Positions 39,909 to 49,529 of a DNA stretch of 64,000 bases are shown here, one piece after another. The notes beneath the pieces are model-generated. The model had not been told where the DNA came from and made no database searches. It saw only the letters and a program-made list of their open reading frames with translations. Position numbers and translations under genes: made by a program. Position 1 is the first letter of the stretch. Every line of letters begins with the position of its first letter. The stretch is from an uncultured Gemmatimonadales bacterium (lineage in GTDB: Bacteria; Gemmatimonadota; Gemmatimonadetes; Gemmatimonadales; GWC2-71-9), in assembly GCA_963730185.1 (NCBI GenBank), contig CAVSQW010000012.1, positions 352,001 to 416,000 on the forward strand, written 5' to 3'.

Positions 39909-40334
39909 ATGTCGCGGTCCCGGCCTCTGTGGGCGGCATCCCTGGCCCTCCTCGTCTCCACGGCAGCCGCTTCCCCAGCCCTGGCGCAGGCCTCGGCCAC
40001 CCCGACCCCCGGCTCGACCAAGCTGGTGGGCGAGTGGGTTGGGCCCTACACCACCGACGGCCCCTCGGGCACGATGTCGCTGAAGGTGCTTCAGGCCGCC
40101 GCGGCCTGGAAAGTCGACGTGGACCTTGGCGCCGAGGCCCCGGCGCCGGGGGCGCCCTCGGAGGTCAAGGCCGACGGCAACGTGCTGACCTGGCGGCAGC
40201 CGTTCGGGGAATACGACGTGCTGTTCAAGGCCACGCTGGACGAGACCGGCGCCAAACTGACCGGGACGATCGAGGCCAACCAGGGCGGGTCCTACGTGGG
40301 CGGGGGGTCGTTCACGCTCAGCAAGAAGACCTGA
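39909..40334 (+). CDS. Small secreted hypothetical protein
   Basis: Signal ending ALA-Q; LVGEWVG beta-rich domain. Confidence 0.7.
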   Translation: MSRSRPLWAASLALLVSTAAASPALAQASATPTPGSTKLVGEWVGPYTTDGPSGTMSLKVLQAAAAWKVDVDLGAEAPAPGAPSEVKADGNVLTWRQPFGEYDVLFKATLDETGAKLTGTIEANQGGSYVGGGSFTLSKKT

Positions 40335-40355
40335 CGGTACCCCCACCGGAATTGC

Positions 40356-40393
40356 CGAAGGGGGCGGGGCCCGGTCGGGCCCCGCCCCCTTCG
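40356..40393. terminator. Strong hairpin between convergent genes
   Basis: cgaagggggcggggcccg-gt-cgggccccgcccccttcg, perfect 18-bp inverted repeat. Confidence 0.65.
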
Positions 40394-40419
40394 TCACGAT
40401 TGGCCGGAGCGCCGACCCG

Positions 40420-40971
40420 CTAGTGGATCGAGCGGGTGGTCGTGAGCAGAATGGCGCCGGCTTCGTGTCCCGCGCCGTACCGCCCAGACGCCATGGTGCC
40501 GTTCAGATATTCGATCTCGGCGATTTCCTCGACCCGGATGTTCCGGAGCTGCTCGATCCGGTCCTGCTTGACGTCGTCGATGTAGAGGACCGGCAACCCG
40601 CTGGCCTCTCCGGCGGCAGCGAACTCGTTGTCGCGGTTCTGAATCCCCGCCTGGGCGTTGGCGTCCTGGGTGGCACCTCCGGCCTCGCCGTCGCCTGGCT
40701 TGCTGGGCTTGGGACGGTACGGGCTCGAGGCGAAGGCGCCACCTCCGAGGGTTCCCTTGCCCCGGGCCGGCCTGAGCCATTGCGATCGAAGGAGCCTGAC
40801 GGCGTCGTAGGCGTTGGTCAGATCCTGGCGCTCCTTGATCTCGTCGATGGTCAGGTGGTAGCGGTCCTTCTTGACGGTCCTTTCCTTGGTCTTCTGCGCC
40901 GCGGCCGGATGAACGCCCACGGACAACACCAGGCCGAGCGTCACGAGCCCGGCAAGCACCGAACGAGTCAT
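40420..40971 (-). CDS. Secreted stand-alone TonB-receptor plug-like protein
   Basis: NAYDAVRLLRSQWL..PVLYIDD..EIAEIEYL..GRYG..GAILLTT. Confidence 0.7.
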   Translation of the reverse strand: MTRSVLAGLVTLGLVLSVGVHPAAAQKTKERTVKKDRYHLTIDEIKERQDLTNAYDAVRLLRSQWLRPARGKGTLGGGAFASSPYRPKPSKPGDGEAGGATQDANAQAGIQNRDNEFAAAGEASGLPVLYIDDVKQDRIEQLRNIRVEEIAEIEYLNGTMASGRYGAGHEAGAILLTTTRSIH

Positions 40972-41070
40972 CTGTCCCTCCCGTGATGGGCCGACTTGGG
41001 CGCCCCTTGAAGCGCCCCGGCACTCCGGGCTCGGCCCCGAACCCGGCGTCCGCGGACGACCGCCCCTCGA

Positions 41071-43170
41071 TCAGCGGCCGTCGACTACCTCGACCCGGTC
41101 CATGACGTCTCCCTGGAGGATCGCGTCGACCACGTCGAGGCCGGAGACGACCCAGCCCCAGACGGTGTAGTTGAAGTCCAACCGGGGGTTGTCCACCAGG
41201 TTCACGAAGAACTGGGCGTCGCCGGTGTCCCGCCCCCGGGTGGAGATCCCCACGGTCCCGCGCTCGTGGGCCACCGGGCCGATCTCGTCGCGCAGGTACA
41301 TCCGGTCGCCGGCGTATTCGTTGGCGCCGGGGCTCCCGCCCTGGATCACGAAGTTCGGGACCACCCGGTGGAAAGTCAGCCCGTCGTAGTAGCCGGCCTC
41401 CGCCCGCTCGGCCACCCGCCAGACCGTGGCCGGGGCGCGGTCCGGGTCGAGGGCAATCTCGAACACCCCACCGCCCGCGGTCGGGCTCATCGTAACCCGG
41501 ATCCGCTTGCCCCGGAGCCGCTGGATCTCGTCCCAAGGGAGGTCGGGCTCCGCCAGCGGGTGCGGGGTCGGAGTCTGGAGCCGTCCGGTCCACAGGGAGA
41601 GCAGGGCCGCGGCCTTCTCGGCCACCACCGCGTCGTAGTCGGTCAGGTAGGGCTCGAGGGCGTCGGCTTGCGCCGGTCCGCCCAGGGCCTCGATCCGGCG
41701 GAGGAGCGCCATCCGGACGTCCCGCGAGGTCTCCTTCCGCTCCGCGGTGATCCGGCGGAGCGCCGCCACCAGGGCCGGCAGGGCCTCGTCGACCCGGGTG
41801 GTGCCGTCGAGGAGGTCGGCGGCGGTCATCACCAGCTGGTAGCCGGGCCGCTCCAGCTGACGGATCACCACGTCGTCGACGGCCCGCCCCTGCACCGTCA
41901 CCAACCCGCGAATGGCGGCCTCGCGGACGTTGTCGTCCCGATCCCCCGCAATCACCAGCAGGCGCTCGTGATCGCCGAGGATGGCGCTGGCCTCGGCGGC
42001 GGCCGCCCGCACCTGCCAGGCGTTGTCGGTCGCCGCCCGGCTCAGCACGCCCCTGATCCGGCCGGGGGCGAGCCTGGCCACCCCCACCAGCGCCCGCGCC
42101 CCACGATGCCAGTTGGCCAGGGCCCGGATGTCGAGCCGGGTAGCGCCGGTCAGGCTGTCCACGAAGGGCCAGAGCACCGGCACGGGATCGGTCCCGTCGG
42201 GGCAGCCATCGCCCAAGAGGGTGATGGCTTCGATGGACACGTGGTCGTTCGGGTCACCGACGGCATGCACCACCGGGCCGCACTGCCGACTCTGCACCCG
42301 ACGACCCCAGACTCCGAGGGCCTCGTAGCGGACCAGGCTCGAGGGATCCTTGAGCGCCTGAGCCAGCAGCTCGTCACGGGTCTCGAACTGATCCGGCAGG
42401 CCGACCGCTCGGACCACCAGCCGGCGGACTTGCTCGTCGGGATCGCCGAGGCCCTGTCGCGCCAGGTCCGGGGTGACGGCCCTCAGGGTGGCGAGCGCAG
42501 CCCAAGCCACTCGGCGCACCTTGGCCCCATCGCTCCCGGCGGGACCGGCACTGGCGGCGAGCTTGGTCAACCGATCGATGGTAGGGGCGTGGGGCGGGAG
42601 CCAGGGAGCGCTCAACCGGACCAGCGCCTCCAGGGCGCGGGCCGCGTCGAGCTGAAGGCCGGCCGACAGGTTGGCCCGGCCGAGGAGCTCGAGGAGGGTG
42701 CGGCGGGCGCCACCGGCGGTCGGGGCGTCACGGTAGGGGAGCCTTCCCAACGATCGGGCGGCCGCGCCGAGCACGAGCGGGTCGGAGTCGCGGCCGATCA
42801 AATCGGCCAACGCTCCGGCGATGGTCGCGACCTCGACGCCGGCGTCTCGCGCGGTCGAGTCGATCCCTTGAGCGGCCTGGGCGAGCGCGGTGGCCGTCTC
42901 GATCCGGACCAGCACGCGAGGGTCCTTGAGGCGGGGCATGATCCGGTCCACCAGGGCGGGCCGCTCGAGCCGACCCAGGCCCCGAATCGCCGCCGCTGCG
43001 GTGGCCGCGTCGCGGCTCTCCATTCCCTTGAGGAGGGGAGTGATCCCCTCCTCCCCGCCTCCCCGGCTGTCTTCGGCCGTCAACATCGCCTGCCGGAGCG
43101 CCGACCCGGTCTGGGCCGCCGCCGGGCCGGCCATCATCAGGCCGAGGAGCATCGCACTTCGTAACGTCAT
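41071..43170 (-). CDS. HEAT-repeat cyclophilin-type peptidyl-prolyl isomerase
   Basis: HEAT-like helical repeats; GYYDGLTFHRVVPNFVIQGG, DTGDAQFF. Confidence 0.92.
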   Translation of the reverse strand: MTLRSAMLLGLMMAGPAAAQTGSALRQAMLTAEDSRGGGEEGITPLLKGMESRDAATAAAAIRGLGRLERPALVDRIMPRLKDPRVLVRIETATALAQAAQGIDSTARDAGVEVATIAGALADLIGRDSDPLVLGAAARSLGRLPYRDAPTAGGARRTLLELLGRANLSAGLQLDAARALEALVRLSAPWLPPHAPTIDRLTKLAASAGPAGSDGAKVRRVAWAALATLRAVTPDLARQGLGDPDEQVRRLVVRAVGLPDQFETRDELLAQALKDPSSLVRYEALGVWGRRVQSRQCGPVVHAVGDPNDHVSIEAITLLGDGCPDGTDPVPVLWPFVDSLTGATRLDIRALANWHRGARALVGVARLAPGRIRGVLSRAATDNAWQVRAAAAEASAILGDHERLLVIAGDRDDNVREAAIRGLVTVQGRAVDDVVIRQLERPGYQLVMTAADLLDGTTRVDEALPALVAALRRITAERKETSRDVRMALLRRIEALGGPAQADALEPYLTDYDAVVAEKAAALLSLWTGRLQTPTPHPLAEPDLPWDEIQRLRGKRIRVTMSPTAGGGVFEIALDPDRAPATVWRVAERAEAGYYDGLTFHRVVPNFVIQGGSPGANEYAGDRMYLRDEIGPVAHERGTVGISTRGRDTGDAQFFVNLVDNPRLDFNYTVWGWVVSGLDVVDAILQGDVMDRVEVVDGR

Positions 43171-44585
43171 CGGACTCCCACCAGGCCTCGGACACTCGCC
43201 AGGAGCTTCGCTGGATCGTACCCCACGCCATCCTTGAACACCAGCGCCACCCGCCGAAGGTCGGATGGCCGGGCCACGGGGTCCCCGTCTAGGACGACCA
43301 GATCGGCCCGCTTGCCCACACTCACCGTCCCGATCTCCCGATCCAGGCCCAGGACCATCGCCCCGTGGCCGGTCATGATCTGGATGGCCTCGACGGGGGT
43401 GAACCCGGCCTCGACCAGGAGCTCGAAGTTCCGATGATCGCCGAATCCGGGCAAGCTGCCGTTCCCCCAAGGGTCGACCCCTGCCGCCAGCAGGCCTCCC
43501 GCCCGGACGAACATCCGCTCGAACTGTTTCATCTTCTCGAACAGGACCGGCGGAACCCCGAAGCTCGCTCCCGAGTTCACGCCGGCCAGATCGCGCTCGG
43601 CGGCCGTCCGGGTCTCCGGTGAGAGCATCGACAGGGCGGCGTCGGGCAGCTTGGCCCGCCCCGGAACGAAGAGCTCGTAGACCGACAGGGTGGAGGTGAG
43701 GGGCACGTGATCGGCGACCAGGGTCCGGATCACGCTGTCGACGACCGGGCTGGCCAGGTCCACTTTGGCCTGGTAACGCATGTTGTCGGCCGGGCACTTG
43801 TCCAACGCCTTGTTCGGCACGAAGTCGCTGTTGGTGATGAAGCCGTGCTCGAGGTTGTCGATCCCGAGCGCCGCGGCCTCCCGGAAGGTCACCGAGCAGA
43901 GATGGCCCGTAACCCTCATCCCGTGCCGGTGGGCTTCCTCGATGGCCGCGCCCATCACGTTCCGGGGCACGTTGCCGGAGAATTTGAGCCAAGTGGCGCC
44001 CTCGCTGGCCCAGTAGGCCACCACCCGGCGAGCCTCCTCTTCGTTGGCCAGCCGGCGTTCCCGACTGGGGCCGGCGGCTATTCCATCGAGATAGGGACCG
44101 GTAATCAGCATCCGGGGCCCCGGGGCCCGACCCTGGTCGATCTCCTGCTTCATGTTGAGCTCGGCGTAGGGGAACTGGGCCCCCGCCGTCCGAATCGTGG
44201 TCACCCCGCCCGCCAGGTACATCCGGGGCCCGCTCACGGTCATCTCGGTGAGTCCGGCGGACGAGTAGAAATAGGTGTGACCGTGGAGGTCGATCAGGCC
44301 GGGGATCAGGGTCTTGCCCGCCAGGTCGAGCTCGCGGGCGCCGGCGGGGACCGGCACGAGGGCGTCGTCGCCCACGGCCACGATCAGGCCGTCTTTCACG
44401 AGCACGGTCTGGCCGTCGCGGACCGGGGCGCCGGTGCCGTCGATCAGCCGGGCATGCCGGAGGGCCAGGACGGGCTCGTCGTAGACCACGAACTCGCGCA
44501 CGGCGGGATCGAGGGGGGTGGGGCTCTGGGCCGCGAGGGGAAGCACGCCAGCCAGCAGGAGGCCCAACCCGGTCAGCCAACGCAT
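43167..44585 (-). CDS. Secreted amidohydrolase
   Basis: PGLIDLHGH, GVTTIR, LEHG, GKRADLVV. Confidence 0.92.
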   Translation of the reverse strand: MRWLTGLGLLLAGVLPLAAQSPTPLDPAVREFVVYDEPVLALRHARLIDGTGAPVRDGQTVLVKDGLIVAVGDDALVPVPAGARELDLAGKTLIPGLIDLHGHTYFYSSAGLTEMTVSGPRMYLAGGVTTIRTAGAQFPYAELNMKQEIDQGRAPGPRMLITGPYLDGIAAGPSRERRLANEEEARRVVAYWASEGATWLKFSGNVPRNVMGAAIEEAHRHGMRVTGHLCSVTFREAAALGIDNLEHGFITNSDFVPNKALDKCPADNMRYQAKVDLASPVVDSVIRTLVADHVPLTSTLSVYELFVPGRAKLPDAALSMLSPETRTAAERDLAGVNSGASFGVPPVLFEKMKQFERMFVRAGGLLAAGVDPWGNGSLPGFGDHRNFELLVEAGFTPVEAIQIMTGHGAMVLGLDREIGTVSVGKRADLVVLDGDPVARPSDLRRVALVFKDGVGYDPAKLLASVRGLVGVR

Positions 44586-44654
44586 CGTGTCACCTCGCTC
44601 CAGTATGGGCCGCGACGCCCCGATCCCGTCCCTCCCAACCCCCCACGTCCTTCC

Positions 44655-46391
44655 CTACTTCCCGGTCGTCGTCCCGTCCCAACCCGGACCCCGGAGCGCC
44701 CGCCCCGGCGTGGCACCGGTGTGCTTCCCGTCCTTCCAGACCGCGACGCCGTTCACGAACACCTCCCTGACGCCGACCGAGACCTGGTGCGGCTGCTCGA
44801 AGGTCGCCTTGTCGATGACGGTGGCGGGGTCGAAGATCACCAGGTCGGCGAACATCCCCTCCTTGACCATGCCCCGCTCGCGGAGACCGAGGATCTGGGC
44901 GGTCGACCAGGTCATCTTCCGGACCGCGTCCTCCAGCCGGAGCACCTTGTCCTCGCGGACGTACTTGCCCAGCACCCGGGCGAAGGTGCCGTAGGACCGA
45001 GGGTGGACCAGCGCGGTGGTGGTATCGGGGTCGTAGCCGCCGGCGTCGCTCCCGATCACCACCCAGGGCTGGGAGATCATGAAGGCCACGTTCTCGTCCG
45101 ACATCCCGAAGCTGATCTTACCGAGCCGGTTGTTCTCGCCCAGGGTCAGCTCGATGATGGCGTCCATCCAGTCCAGTTTGAGCCCCTTGGCGATGGCGTC
45201 GAGCCGCTTGCCCTCGTACTGCTTCCACTCGGGCGTCTGGAACCCTGAGATCTGATAGGCGTCGGGCGGGTTATGCTGGCAGTAGACCGGCGCGCCCGGC
45301 GTGAGGTCGGACATCTCCCGTCGGATCCGGGCCCGGAGCGACTGGTCCTTGAGGCGCTCGAGCAGCTTGCCGTCGGCGTGGACCCAGTCCGGGATGCAGG
45401 AGGAGAGGTTGTTGCCCGACGCCGGATAGGAATACATCGTCGCCTTCACGTCCTGGCCGGCGGCCCGGGCGGAGTCGATCTTGGCCACCGCCGGCTTGGC
45501 CAGCGGCCAGTTGATCCGGCCCGATGCCTTGAAGTGGTAGATCACCACCGGGACGCCGCCCTCGCTCCCAATCCGGATGGCTTCGTCCATCGCCTCGAGC
45601 AGCTTGCTCTCCTCGGACCGGATGTGGGTGATGTAAGTCCCGTGAAGCGGGGCCATGGCCTTGGCCATCTCGATCAGCTCGTCGGTGCCGGCGTAGCTCC
45701 CGGGGGGGTAGATCAGCGCGCTGGAGATCCCGAAGGCCCCGTCGCGCATCGCGTCCTGGACCACCGCCCGCATGGTGTCGAGCGCCGCGGCGTCGGGCTT
45801 CCCCTCCTTCTGCCCCATCGCGTAGGCGCGGACCGTGGTCGCGCCGAGGTAGCTCCCGGCATTGACGGAGTTGGCGTGCTGGTCCATGGCGTCGAGCCAG
45901 GCGCCGAACCCATGGGAGCCCCGGAAGGTCCGCTCGTCTTGGGCCATCTTGGCGTCGTCGGGGTCGCCGCCCGTATAGAGCGAGTCGACGTTGCCGTTGG
46001 AGGGCCCCGGGGTCGTCGCCTCACCCAGAATCTCGGAAGTGACGCCCTGGGAGACCTTGCCGATCACCCGCCCGTCCGCGAACAGGAGCTGGTTCCAGGA
46101 GTGAGCCTGGATGTCGATGAAGCCGGGTGAGACGACCAGCCCCTGGGCGTCGACCTTCTCCTTGGCCTGGGCGTTCGCCAGCGCCCCCCGCGGTGCCACC
46201 CGAACGATCCGATCGCCTCGGACGCCGACGTCGCCGTAATACCAGGGGTTCCCGGTCCCGTCGACGATCTTGCCGTTGGTGATGACGAGGTCGTAGGCCC
46301 CGGTGTCACGATCAGCGGCCCCGGGTGCACAGCCGACGATCAGGGCGAGCGCGAGCGCGGCAGGGCACCGGAGCGAGGCGAAGTTCGGCAT
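44655..46391 (-). CDS. N-acyl-D-amino-acid deacylase family lipoprotein
   Basis: IVDGTGNPW, PGFID, THIRSE, GSDAG, HPRSYGTFARVL; IVGC lipobox. Confidence 0.9.
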   Translation of the reverse strand: MPNFASLRCPAALALALIVGCAPGAADRDTGAYDLVITNGKIVDGTGNPWYYGDVGVRGDRIVRVAPRGALANAQAKEKVDAQGLVVSPGFIDIQAHSWNQLLFADGRVIGKVSQGVTSEILGEATTPGPSNGNVDSLYTGGDPDDAKMAQDERTFRGSHGFGAWLDAMDQHANSVNAGSYLGATTVRAYAMGQKEGKPDAAALDTMRAVVQDAMRDGAFGISSALIYPPGSYAGTDELIEMAKAMAPLHGTYITHIRSEESKLLEAMDEAIRIGSEGGVPVVIYHFKASGRINWPLAKPAVAKIDSARAAGQDVKATMYSYPASGNNLSSCIPDWVHADGKLLERLKDQSLRARIRREMSDLTPGAPVYCQHNPPDAYQISGFQTPEWKQYEGKRLDAIAKGLKLDWMDAIIELTLGENNRLGKISFGMSDENVAFMISQPWVVIGSDAGGYDPDTTTALVHPRSYGTFARVLGKYVREDKVLRLEDAVRKMTWSTAQILGLRERGMVKEGMFADLVIFDPATVIDKATFEQPHQVSVGVREVFVNGVAVWKDGKHTGATPGRALRGPGWDGTTTGK

Positions 46392-46574
46392 AGTCAGCGG
46401 GGATTGGATGGTGACGGGACGCCGGCGCCGGCCGGCGAGCGAACGCGCATCCCAGAATCTCCACCCGCCGCCCGAACCAGGCAACAGCAAGCCTCCTGGC
46501 CCACTTCCGGTAGCATCCGGCGACGAAATGGTACGGTCCCCGGCGGCTTCCCGCCCAACCTTCCGTTCTCGGTC

Positions 46575-46703
46575 AGTTCCTCGGCGTCCTCTCCGACCTC
46601 AGCGGTTGAATCCGTTGCATCGGGGTTCCGGGCGTCGATCGGCGTCCGGGCGGAGCGATGGTAACTGCAATAACCGCAGAGGTCGCGGAGTTCGCCGAGG
46701 ACC
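46575..46703. repeat. Left palindromic repeat pair flanking the GxxExxY gene
   Basis: ctcggcgtcctctccgacctcagcggtt ... aaccgcagaggtcgcggagttcgccgag, imperfect inverted repeat. Confidence 0.7.
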
Positions 46704-46759
46704 TGACCGAGAATAGTGGGGTGGTTGCCGAGGCACTGATCGAGAAAAGTGGGGTGGTT

Positions 46760-47139
46760 ATGGAGGAACAGCTCACTCGGGAGATCATCGGGGCGGCGAT
46801 CGAGGTGCACCGGGCGTTGGGGCCCGGGCTGCTCGAGTCGGCGTATCAGGCGTGTCTCGCCCAGGAGCTGGTGACCCGCGGGATGCGATCGAGTGCCAGA
46901 AGCCGCTTCGAGTGAGCTACGAGGGCGTGGAGCTCGGCTGTGCCTACCGCCTGGACGTCGTGGTGGAGGGTCGGGTCGTCGTGGAGGTCAAGACGGTCAG
47001 CCGGATCGAGCCCGTACACGAGGCCCAGATCATCTCCTACCTCAAGCTCTCGGGTTACCATCTCGGCCTGCTCATCAACTTCCACGCTCCCCGCCTGATC
47101 CACGGCGTCCGGCGGTTCGTGAACCAGCTTCCGGAATAG
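46760..47139 (+). pseudogene. GxxExxY protein (PD-(D/E)xK nuclease-like), 1-nt frameshift near 46885
   Basis: [21 protein letters not shown] in one frame; YRLDVVVEGRVVVEVK..HEAQIISYLK..GLLINF in another; atg[g]cg restores the frame. Confidence 0.9.
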
Positions 47140-47177
47140 CACCTCCGAGTAACCAGCATCCCCCCTCCCAAACAGCT

Positions 47178-47240
47178 TAACCGCAGAGAACGCAGAGGTC
47201 GCAGAGACACCTCTGCGTTCCCTGCGACCTCTGCGGTTAA
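47178..47240. repeat. Right palindromic repeat flanking the GxxExxY gene
   Basis: ttaaccgcagagaacgcagaggtcgcagag-acac-ctctgcgttccctgcgacctctgcggttaa; 9-nt subrepeats. Confidence 0.8.
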
Positions 47241-47274
47241 TGTGTTGCTGTTGCTGTTTGCTGCCGCCGTCGCC

Positions 47275-49341
47275 CTACTGGCCCGTAGCCGCCGACTGCT
47301 TGCCGCCCCACTTCTGGTACCAACTCTGCATGTAGAGCATCGTCCGGATGTAGTTCGACGGCTTGGAGCCGGTCCCGTGGTACTCGCCCGCGAACTGGAG
47401 CAGTTCGGCCGGGACGTGGTTCAGCTTGAGCGCCGCGTAGAACTCTTCGGTCTGCGGCATCGGGGTCCGCATGTCCAGTTGGCCGGTCATCAGCAGGGTC
47501 GGCGTCTTCACGTTCTGGACGTACATCAGCGACGACTGCTTGAGCCAGGGCATTGGATCTTCCCAGAACGGCTTGTCGAAGAAGTTCGCCGTGAAGAGCG
47601 GGATGTCGGTGTGGCCCATGAAGCTCAGCCAGTCGATCACCGGGCAGCGAACCGCGGCCGCCGCGAAGCGGGTGGTGTGACCGATCGTCCAGCTGGAGAG
47701 CACCCCGCCGCCGCTGCAGCCACCGACGTACATCCGGCTGCTGTCGATGTAGCCGCGGCCCACCACCGTGTCGACGCCTGCCATCAGGTCTTCGTAGTCC
47801 ACGCCGGGATAGCGCCGCTCGATCGCGTTGCCGAAGGCGGTGCCGTAACCCGTACTGCCGCGAGGATTGAGGTAGAGCACCACGTCGCCGTCGGCGGCGA
47901 AGTTCTGGTACATATAGTTGAAGCCGACGTTGTACATCCCGTGAGGCCCGCCGTGGATCTCGAGTACCAGCGGATAGGTCTTCTTGGGATCGAAGTCGTG
48001 CGGCTTGACGATCCAGCCCTGGATCTTGGCCCCGCCGGTGGACGGGTACCAGATCTCCTCTACCGTGCCGAGCTTGATGTTGGCCAGGACGTCGTCGTTG
48101 ACGTGGGTCAGCTGGGTCACGTCGCCGGGTTTGGCGAGCGAGAAGGCCACCACGTCACCGGGCTCGAGGTAGGACGACTGGGTGCCGACCGCGATCCCGG
48201 TCTTCGAGATCGAGCTCACCCCCAACATGTGGTTGCCCTGGGTGACCTGTCGATAGTTGCCCCGGATCGGCTGGAAATAGAGGTTGGCGGTGCCCTGGTT
48301 CGCGGTGCCGAAGTAGAGCCCGCTCCCGTCGGTCGCCCAGATGAAGCCGCCCACGTCCCGGTCCAAGTTGCCCGAGACCAAGTGCGGGTTGCTCCCGTCG
48401 ATCCCCATCAGGTAGAGCTCGCTCGTCTTGTAGCTCTTCCGGGTGGAGTCGTAGCCCGCGTAGGCGATGGTCTTGCCGTCCGGCGAGATCGAGGGGTTGG
48501 TCCAGGTGCCGGTCGTCCGGGTCAGCTTTCGCATCTGACCGGTGGCCACGTCGACGATATGGAGATCGGAGTTCCGGTAGTTGAAGTCGGCGTTGGACTC
48601 GAGATAGCCGTCGAAGACGATCGACTTGCCGTCCGGCGTCCAGTCGTAATTCACGCCGATCCCGAGGTCGTCGAACCGGTAGCCGACGTTGAAGTCGCCG
48701 TGGGTGACCTGGCGCGCCGTGCCGCCCGTGGCCGGGACCACGAAGAGATGAGTGTAGGTCGGCTTGGTGTAACCCACCCGGTCCTGCCGGTAGTGGTAGG
48801 TGTTCACCCGCCGGGGCGCCGGGGTCCACTTGGCGCCCGCCGGCGCGGCCGGCATGGCGATCTTCCAGGTGTTGTCGTACGGCACCGCCATGCTGAACGA
48901 GAGCCAATTCCCGTCCGGAGACCAGGCCAGGCTCCCCGGCGACTCGGTCAGCCGGGTGATCTGCGACGTCGCTCCCTCCGCGTCCATCCATCGGACGAAG
49001 ATCTGAGCCTTGCCGTCGGCGGCCGCGATGTACGCCAGCCGGGTGCCGTCCGGCGACCAGCGCGGGCTCCCACCCCCCACCAGAAAGCGCTGCCTGCTGC
49101 CGTCGGCGTTCATGATCCAGAGCGCCGACTCCCACTTGTCCTCCATCTTGTTGATCCAACGGCGGGCGTAGACGACCTCCGCGCCGTTGGGTGAGATCTG
49201 GGGATCGCCCACCGTCTCCCAATCGAGATAGTGATCAGTCGTGAGCAGTGTGTCCGACGGCACTTCCTGGGCCCGAAGCCCCGCCGGAACGAGCGTGAGG
49301 GCGCCGAGAACCAGCCCGGCGAGGGCGAAACGAGGACGCAT
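47275..49341 (-). CDS. Secreted S9 family peptidase
   Basis: WSPDG repeats; IHGGP, NPRGS, GCSGGG, DMRTP, EYHG; GGAGGA RBS. Confidence 0.93.
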   Translation of the reverse strand: MRPRFALAGLVLGALTLVPAGLRAQEVPSDTLLTTDHYLDWETVGDPQISPNGAEVVYARRWINKMEDKWESALWIMNADGSRQRFLVGGGSPRWSPDGTRLAYIAAADGKAQIFVRWMDAEGATSQITRLTESPGSLAWSPDGNWLSFSMAVPYDNTWKIAMPAAPAGAKWTPAPRRVNTYHYRQDRVGYTKPTYTHLFVVPATGGTARQVTHGDFNVGYRFDDLGIGVNYDWTPDGKSIVFDGYLESNADFNYRNSDLHIVDVATGQMRKLTRTTGTWTNPSISPDGKTIAYAGYDSTRKSYKTSELYLMGIDGSNPHLVSGNLDRDVGGFIWATDGSGLYFGTANQGTANLYFQPIRGNYRQVTQGNHMLGVSSISKTGIAVGTQSSYLEPGDVVAFSLAKPGDVTQLTHVNDDVLANIKLGTVEEIWYPSTGGAKIQGWIVKPHDFDPKKTYPLVLEIHGGPHGMYNVGFNYMYQNFAADGDVVLYLNPRGSTGYGTAFGNAIERRYPGVDYEDLMAGVDTVVGRGYIDSSRMYVGGCSGGGVLSSWTIGHTTRFAAAAVRCPVIDWLSFMGHTDIPLFTANFFDKPFWEDPMPWLKQSSLMYVQNVKTPTLLMTGQLDMRTPMPQTEEFYAALKLNHVPAELLQFAGEYHGTGSKPSNYIRTMLYMQSWYQKWGGKQSAATGQ

Positions 49342-49529
49342 CACGATCCTCCGAGTACGGTTGCAATTTACGGAAACCAACATGCCTGAATCTCCACCCT
49401 TGCGCCCGTTCTGCAAGCGCCCGCCCCAAACGCGGCGCCAGGGCGAGCTCGCCTCGGTGGCGATCCGCCCGACTTCGGAGCTATCCTATGCCTTAGCCGG
49501 ACCTCTCACTCAAAGACCGAAAGCCAGTC

